Positions 58,477 to 64,000 of a DNA stretch of 64,000 bases are shown here, in pieces (position 1 is the stretch's first letter; each line of letters begins with the position of its first letter). Both the position numbers and the translations under genes were made by a program. The notes below the pieces were generated by a model. It made no database searches. It was given only the letters and a program-made list of their open reading frames with translations, and had not been told where the DNA came from. This stretch comes from Alloascoidea hylecoeti (Eukaryota): assembly GCA_001600815.1 (NCBI GenBank), contig BCKZ01000010.1, positions 79,527-143,526 of the forward strand. The letters run 5' to 3'.

Positions 58477-59616
58477 ATGTCTATTATTACAGAGCCTTAT
58501 ATTTCCAAATTAGCAGAAAAGAATTTCAAAGCTGATTCAGAATTCGCCTATGCTTTACATGGAAATAAGATTGGTGAAAAGACCGGATTGACCGCAATTC
58601 TTGAGAAAAGAAGTGATGCTCAAAAGGTTGCTGTTGATGGTTATTTCAAGCATTGGGATGGTGAAACTGATTCTGAAAAAGTACAAACTCGTCTAGATGA
58701 TTATTCTTCATTAACTAAACATTTTTATAATTTGGTCACTGATTTTTATGAATATGGTTGGAGTTCCAGTTTCCATTTTAATCGTTTTTACAAAGGTGAA
58801 AACTTTAAACAAGCACAAGCCCGTCATGAACATTACTTAGCTTATAAGATGAAACTAAATGAAAATATGAGAGTTCTTGATGTTGGTTGTGGTGTTGGGG
58901 GTCCAGCCAGGGAAATTTGTCGTTACATTGGATGTGAAATTGTTGGATTGAACAATAATGACTATCAAATAAAGCGTGCCAATCACTACAGCAAAGTATA
59001 CAAATTAGAGGATAAACTATCATTTGTTAAGGGGGATTTCATGCAAATGGAGTTTGAACCTGAATCATTTGATGCCGTATATGCGATCGAAGCTACTGTT
59101 CATGCTCCCGTGTTGCAAGGAGTTTACGGGGAAATCTATAAAGTATTAAAGCCCGGTGGTGTCTTCGGAGTTTATGAATGGGTGATGACCGATAAATACG
59201 ATGAATCAAATCCCGAGCATAGGAAAATCGCATACGGAATTGAAGTTGGAAATGGTATACCAAAAATGTACAAAACTGAGGTTGCCCGTAAAGCGCTTGA
59301 AGATGTTGGGTTTGAAATTGAGTACGGAAAGGACATGGCAGATGTAGGTGACGAGATTCCATGGTGGCACCCTTTAAGTGGGGAATGGCGATATATTCAA
59401 ACTGCTGGTGATCTGTTTACTTACTGTCGAAGTTCAACCGTGGGAAGATGTATCACTACAAACTTATGCAAAATGATGGAATCAATTGGAATTGCGCCAA
59501 AAGGAACCACGAAGGTAACAGCAGCGTTAGAAGATGCTGCGATCAACTTAGTCAATGGTGCCAAACAGGAACTATTTACCCCAATGATGCTTTTCATCGC
59601 CAGAAAGCCACTCTAG
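58477..59616 (+). CDS. ERG6: Delta(24)-sterol C-methyltransferase
   Basis: [42 protein letters not shown] and [12 protein letters not shown]. Confidence 0.97.
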   Translation: MSIITEPYISKLAEKNFKADSEFAYALHGNKIGEKTGLTAILEKRSDAQKVAVDGYFKHWDGETDSEKVQTRLDDYSSLTKHFYNLVTDFYEYGWSSSFHFNRFYKGENFKQAQARHEHYLAYKMKLNENMRVLDVGCGVGGPAREICRYIGCEIVGLNNNDYQIKRANHYSKVYKLEDKLSFVKGDFMQMEFEPESFDAVYAIEATVHAPVLQGVYGEIYKVLKPGGVFGVYEWVMTDKYDESNPEHRKIAYGIEVGNGIPKMYKTEVARKALEDVGFEIEYGKDMADVGDEIPWWHPLSGEWRYIQTAGDLFTYCRSSTVGRCITTNLCKMMESIGIAPKGTTKVTAALEDAAINLVNGAKQELFTPMMLFIARKPL

Positions 59617-59887
59617 ATCTATGTAATCATGTTTTAATTACCATTAATATATTAATATCATAGCCCCTCATATCTTCTTATGTATTTGTAGGTGTGACAA
59701 AAATCAATCACGAACGGTGTGGTGGTGGTGAGTATTGGCCGTGGAGATGGATCTTGGATTTGGGGTGGATCCCTGTTGACCGTTAAACCTCAAACACAAT
59801 GGTGGCAAACGTCAATGTTACATCATTATTAATCAACAGTCTCAAATATACTTAACCCCAGTAATTCCGGTCCCACACCATTTGTCC

Positions 59888-59908
59888 ATGCAGCTCATCT
59901 CAAAATAA
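59888..59908 (+). other. Candidate upstream ORF (MQLISK*) in the YAP1 leader
   Basis: ATG CAG CTC ATC TCA AAA TAA at -88 to -68 relative to the YAP1 ATG. Confidence 0.55.
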
Positions 59909-59975
59909 ATTACTCATTTCATTTTCCTCCCTTCTTCCCACTCTCCCTCTTATTGCTATAACAGTAGTAGAAACA

Positions 59976-61451
59976 ATGGCTGACCTAATTATTAAAAGAA
60001 CCCTCCCCGACCAACAGGAAACTCCCGTCAAACGTCACCACGACACAAAGAAATCCGCAAAACCCGGTAGAAAACCAATCACCACCGAACCTGAAAATAA
60101 ACGAAAAGCTCAGAATCGTGCTGCTCAAAGAGCATTTAGAGAACGTAAAGAAAAAAAATTGCAGGAACTTGAAGATCGTGTTGCTGAACTGGAAAATGAA
60201 GCTGCTACCACAAATTCCGAAAATGAATTCCTTAGGTTACAAGTACAAAAACTAATGGCTGAATTAAAGAAATATAATGGATCCCCGCCTCAAGCAAATG
60301 ATATACAACCTCCAACCTCTTCCTTTGATTTCGAATTTGGTAAAGATGATTCGTTCAACCTACCACGTGTAAGACAACAACTTCAAAATCTGCACCAGCA
60401 TAAATCAACTAGTTCTGGTTCAAATGCATCTCCTTCTTCCACTACCTCTGGTTCCACCAATTCTGTTTCCACTTCTTCATCTGTTCTCTTTGATTCACAT
60501 GAAAAGAATTCTGCTTCAACATCTCCATTCGGTAATGATTCTTTAAATTCCACCTCGGGTGACTTTTTATTTGGAAATTCCTACAATATTGATTCAAAAC
60601 CAACAGCAACCCCTGCACACTCAAATAACAATAATGGCATAGAACAGGATTTTAATGAATCAGTTAGTGGGTTTTGTTTAAATATGTCTGAAGCCTGTGG
60701 AAATAAAGAGAATCCCATTCCAAAAAAATTTGATAATATTAGTTCTAAGGTTAGTATTTCAGATAATTCTACCTTCACAACTCCAAATGTAACGACAACC
60801 AATTTCAGTCCAGCCACAACTTCATCTATCAACACAGATCCTTTTTTTTCTTCAAATACTCTTTTTCCTGAATTGAATTCATCAAAAACTCAAACAAATT
60901 TTAAAGATGATTTTACTAATCTCTTTAATAGTGATCGATTTGATAGTAATTTCATATTTGATACTGAAGAATCTCCAAATGTTTCTCATGTTGATCAGAA
61001 TAATTCTGACTTATTTTCTGGTTTAACTACTGAAGAAAGTCTTTATGATCCATATGGGGTATTTGAATCGGATGAAGTCATGGAATTGGATTCATATGCT
61101 AAGGATTTAATTGATTCAATGTCAACGGCAACTGATGTTGCAAATGCAAATAATACGTCTGATACTACAATGTTGAGTCAAGATCAAGAATCAGTACAGA
61201 AGAAGTTAAGTATCAGCAATAATTTACCTTTTGATGTATCTAATAATAAAGAACTACCCCGAAAACGTGAACTTTTGCTAACATGTTCTGCTGTTTGGGA
61301 TAGAATTACAATGCATCCAAAATATCTTGATATTGATATTGAAGGTTTATGCTCTGAATTAAAGTCAAAGGCTAAATGTTCAGAAAAGGGTGCAGTTATA
61401 GAAGAAAGTATGGTTTCTAAAATGTTAGATTCATGCCCTGAAAAAGATTGA
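59976..61451 (+). CDS. YAP1: Redox-sensing AP-1-like bZIP transcription factor
   Basis: KRKAQNRAAQRAFRERKE, n-CRD FCLNMSEACG, and c-CRD CSAVWDRI..IEGLCSELKSKAKCSE. Confidence 0.96.
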   Translation: MADLIIKRTLPDQQETPVKRHHDTKKSAKPGRKPITTEPENKRKAQNRAAQRAFRERKEKKLQELEDRVAELENEAATTNSENEFLRLQVQKLMAELKKYNGSPPQANDIQPPTSSFDFEFGKDDSFNLPRVRQQLQNLHQHKSTSSGSNASPSSTTSGSTNSVSTSSSVLFDSHEKNSASTSPFGNDSLNSTSGDFLFGNSYNIDSKPTATPAHSNNNNGIEQDFNESVSGFCLNMSEACGNKENPIPKKFDNISSKVSISDNSTFTTPNVTTTNFSPATTSSINTDPFFSSNTLFPELNSSKTQTNFKDDFTNLFNSDRFDSNFIFDTEESPNVSHVDQNNSDLFSGLTTEESLYDPYGVFESDEVMELDSYAKDLIDSMSTATDVANANNTSDTTMLSQDQESVQKKLSISNNLPFDVSNNKELPRKRELLLTCSAVWDRITMHPKYLDIDIEGLCSELKSKAKCSEKGAVIEESMVSKMLDSCPEKD

Positions 61452-62296
61452 TTATCATGTTAATTACAACTATCTCTAAAGTTTTATGATTTCTGTACAT
61501 TACTATCACCACTGGTCCACTACTATTGCCAATATTATTTTGATGTTGTTTGTATATATAAATAACTATGATTTTGACTGCTAACTTGAGGAGAATCAAT
61601 AATATTAAACTACCCTTTTATAGTGCTAGTTATTTTTTTCTTTTTGCTATCACGGTCAAGAACACTTTTACAACTACATTATAATATCCCCTTTATGAAT
61701 TCAGCACAACATATTTCTAAAATTTAGATACCAGAGTCTCTAAGTTAATCAGATTCTCAATGCATTATAATACATTTTAGTGTATATGGTATGTAGTTTA
61801 TTATAGACTATTCTGAAGTTTATGATATTTAAAACCGAAATGCATTTTGAAACAGGGAGTATGGTTATCGTTATTGTTGATTTTTATTGATTTCTCTCAA
61901 TATTTTATTTAATGTGTATCTATGGGGTTTTGTTGTTATATTTTTTATGTATGTCGATTTATTTAACGCGCTAATTACTTTAAAATTTATGACTTAGATT
62001 GCAACCTACAATATTACTCTTGATGGTTTATTGATTAAATGAAATTGCCATACTTGTATAGATTATATATACAATGTTAATATATATGTGAGTTTTATTA
62101 AACGTATGATGTTGTAAATGGATATCAATATATCATAACAATAATTACATAAATATAAGATAGTGTATGTTGGAAATGCAAACCCCCTTGGATCAAATAA
62201 TATTAACATTAAAAAGTTATATATATAGATTAATGGTACAGATATAACTCCTGATTAGAGATGTTTTGTTTTGTTTGATTTCTAAAAGAAACCGAT

Positions 62297-62794
62297 TTAC
62301 TCTTCTGGAACATCAATATCACCATTGTTGATAGCATCGATTATATCATGTGGATTTTTACCATCTACACGACATCCAACAGATTGTGCAGTTCCCAAAA
62401 TTTCCTTAGTAACACCGGCTAATGATTTAGCAAATGACTTATCCTTCATTTGACGTGCAATGTCAAAGATTTCTTCCAAAGGAATATTTCCACTGTGTTT
62501 GATATTTTTCTCCTTCTTCTTATCTCTTGGAGGTTCCTTCAAAGCAGTAATAACTAACGATGAGGCTGATGGAACAACAGAAACCTTAGCCTGACGATTT
62601 TGAATAGTGAGTTGTACTGTGACTTTAATTCCCTTGAATTTTGTTGTAGCTTTGGCAATATCTTCACCAACTTTCTTTGGTGATAAACCAAGAGGACCAA
62701 TCTTTGGGGCAAGTGCTGATGAGGCACCGACTTCACCACCTGTGGCTCTTAGATAAATAATTTTAACCTCACTTGGATCGAATTTTGGTGGCAT
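62297..62794 (-). CDS. RPL12: 60S ribosomal protein uL11 (L12)
   Basis: [11 protein letters not shown]...[23 protein letters not shown] at 62794. Confidence 0.99.
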   Translation of the reverse strand: MPPKFDPSEVKIIYLRATGGEVGASSALAPKIGPLGLSPKKVGEDIAKATTKFKGIKVTVQLTIQNRQAKVSVVPSASSLVITALKEPPRDKKKEKNIKHSGNIPLEEIFDIARQMKDKSFAKSLAGVTKEILGTAQSVGCRVDGKNPHDIIDAINNGDIDVPEE

Positions 62795-62916
62795 TTTTGA
62801 ATAATTGTTCTTTAGAGCGATGCTGATCAAGAAATTCAACTAACAATAATTGTTTGTCACTACCCGTGGTCCCACATTTACTTAAGGAATTCCAGCTTTA
62901 CGCAGCTTAATATTGT

Positions 62917-62975
62917 TTGTGACTGTTCCCAAAATGGGTACAGCCCTATGTGTGTTTTGTATTTTAGCACGTGAC
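62917..62975 (-). promoter_or_regulatory. RPL12/KRE9 divergent promoter: Homol D, Tbf1-like site and Cbf1-type E-box
   Basis: TGTGACTG at 62918-62925, AGCCCTA at 62942-62948, and CACGTGAC at 62968-62975. Confidence 0.7.
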
Positions 62976-63052
62976 TCAATTGACGGTAGATTTAAAATTT
63001 GAGGTGGCTTTAACAATTTGAAAAGAACTTCGAACCTTAATCATAGCTAAGA

Positions 63053-63835
63053 ATGAAGCGAATCTTTTTGGCACTTCTTTTTTTGATATCTTATGTTTTG
63101 GCCGATGTGTCCATCACCTCTCCCACAGCTGGAGCAACGTATACGGCTGGAGCTTCTGTTACCGTAAAGTGGAAAGACGATGATAGTACTTATTCTTTTG
63201 ATGATGCATCCACCGTATCCATTGTATTGATAACAGGAACGGATTCAGATATGACAGCAGTATCAACACTTTTACCCACTACCGATGCCTCTTCATATAC
63301 GTCCAGTATGAAGTACACTTTTACTGTTGATGCTACCGTTGGCTCTTCTGGCTTGTATTTTCTTCAAATCTACACCGTCTATGATTCTGCGACTACTATG
63401 CAATATTCTCCGAGATTTTACCTCAAGGGCATGACAGGTACATCAGTTACTGCCACGGGAGATGTTGATGATACGCCTGCTGCTGTGACCTCTGCCGATG
63501 CTACGACCATCAATTCGGCCTCGTTCTCCGTTACTTATACTGCACAAACGGGGAAAACTCGGTATGCCCCTATGCAAAAGCAGCCAGGTACCACAGTCAC
63601 TGCAACCACTTGGACAAGAAGATTTGCTACCAGCGCAGTGACTTATTATTCAACCATTTCACCTAATCCGGTCGTTATATCTACAGTCACTCCTGGTTGG
63701 TCTTATTCAGTTACTTCTGATGTTAATTGGGCAACCCCTGCTTCTAACCCAAGTACTTGGTATGCTGCCTCAGAAAGGATCACCCAAAAGCCATCATTAA
63801 AATCAAAGAAGAAGAGAAGATGGATTGATATCTAA
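63053..63835 (+). CDS. KRE9: Secreted beta-1,6-glucan synthesis protein (Kre9/Knh1 family)
   Basis: Signal peptide, YSPRFYLKGMTG, SFSVTYTAQTGKTRYAPMQKQPGT and TVTPGWSY. Confidence 0.95.
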   Translation: MKRIFLALLFLISYVLADVSITSPTAGATYTAGASVTVKWKDDDSTYSFDDASTVSIVLITGTDSDMTAVSTLLPTTDASSYTSSMKYTFTVDATVGSSGLYFLQIYTVYDSATTMQYSPRFYLKGMTGTSVTATGDVDDTPAAVTSADATTINSASFSVTYTAQTGKTRYAPMQKQPGTTVTATTWTRRFATSAVTYYSTISPNPVVISTVTPGWSYSVTSDVNWATPASNPSTWYAASERITQKPSLKSKKKRRWIDI

Positions 63836-64000
63836 ATGGTATACACTGATGCATTGATTTTATGAAAAAAGCTTTAATATATAAAAGTATAACTTTTTAA
63901 CCCCAAGTATGGATTTGGAGGCCAATATTTTGATGTTAATCAACTAATTTCTAGTCTCATTTATAAATTGACCATGAAATGAAATTGGGATGATTCCAGG

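Noticed and set aside
1..64000. CRISPR arrays, rRNA, tRNA, telomeric repeats or intact LTR pairs
   Set aside because: None seen. The sequence is eukaryotic, and the repeats are simple microsatellites, coding minisatellites or gene duplications.

Overview
AT-rich budding-yeast (Saccharomycotina-type) chromosomal DNA with short GT-AG spliceosomal introns. CUG appears to be read as Leu. Recognisable core genes: SBE2/TBC-like, STE3, RIM1, SYP1, CNT nucleoside transporter, RPS1, CYP504-like P450, YMR226C-like SDR, WKF/RBP95-like, trimethyllysine dioxygenase, Bur2/Pch1-type cyclin, RAD9, ERG6, YAP1, RPL12 and KRE9. There are two accessory regions. The first (1-7.3 kb) is a tandem family of unassigned membrane glycoprotein genes with a pseudogene copy and patchwork divergence. 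The second (36.5-40 kb) is a cluster of relics: a PMU1-like 3' fragment, a Ty1/copia RNase H remnant followed downstream on the same strand by a gag-like ORF (apparently pol before gag), and a decayed nuclease-fold plus kinase gene. Other signals: an arrestin/Bul1-like gene split by one in-frame TAG, Homol D boxes at both ribosomal-protein promoters, PRE/Mcm1-like sites before STE3, a 6-codon uORF before YAP1, a (TCGTAT)n array before ERG6, and steep 5'-GC to 3'-AT gradients inside several genes. All family assignments come from recalled motifs; no database searches were run.
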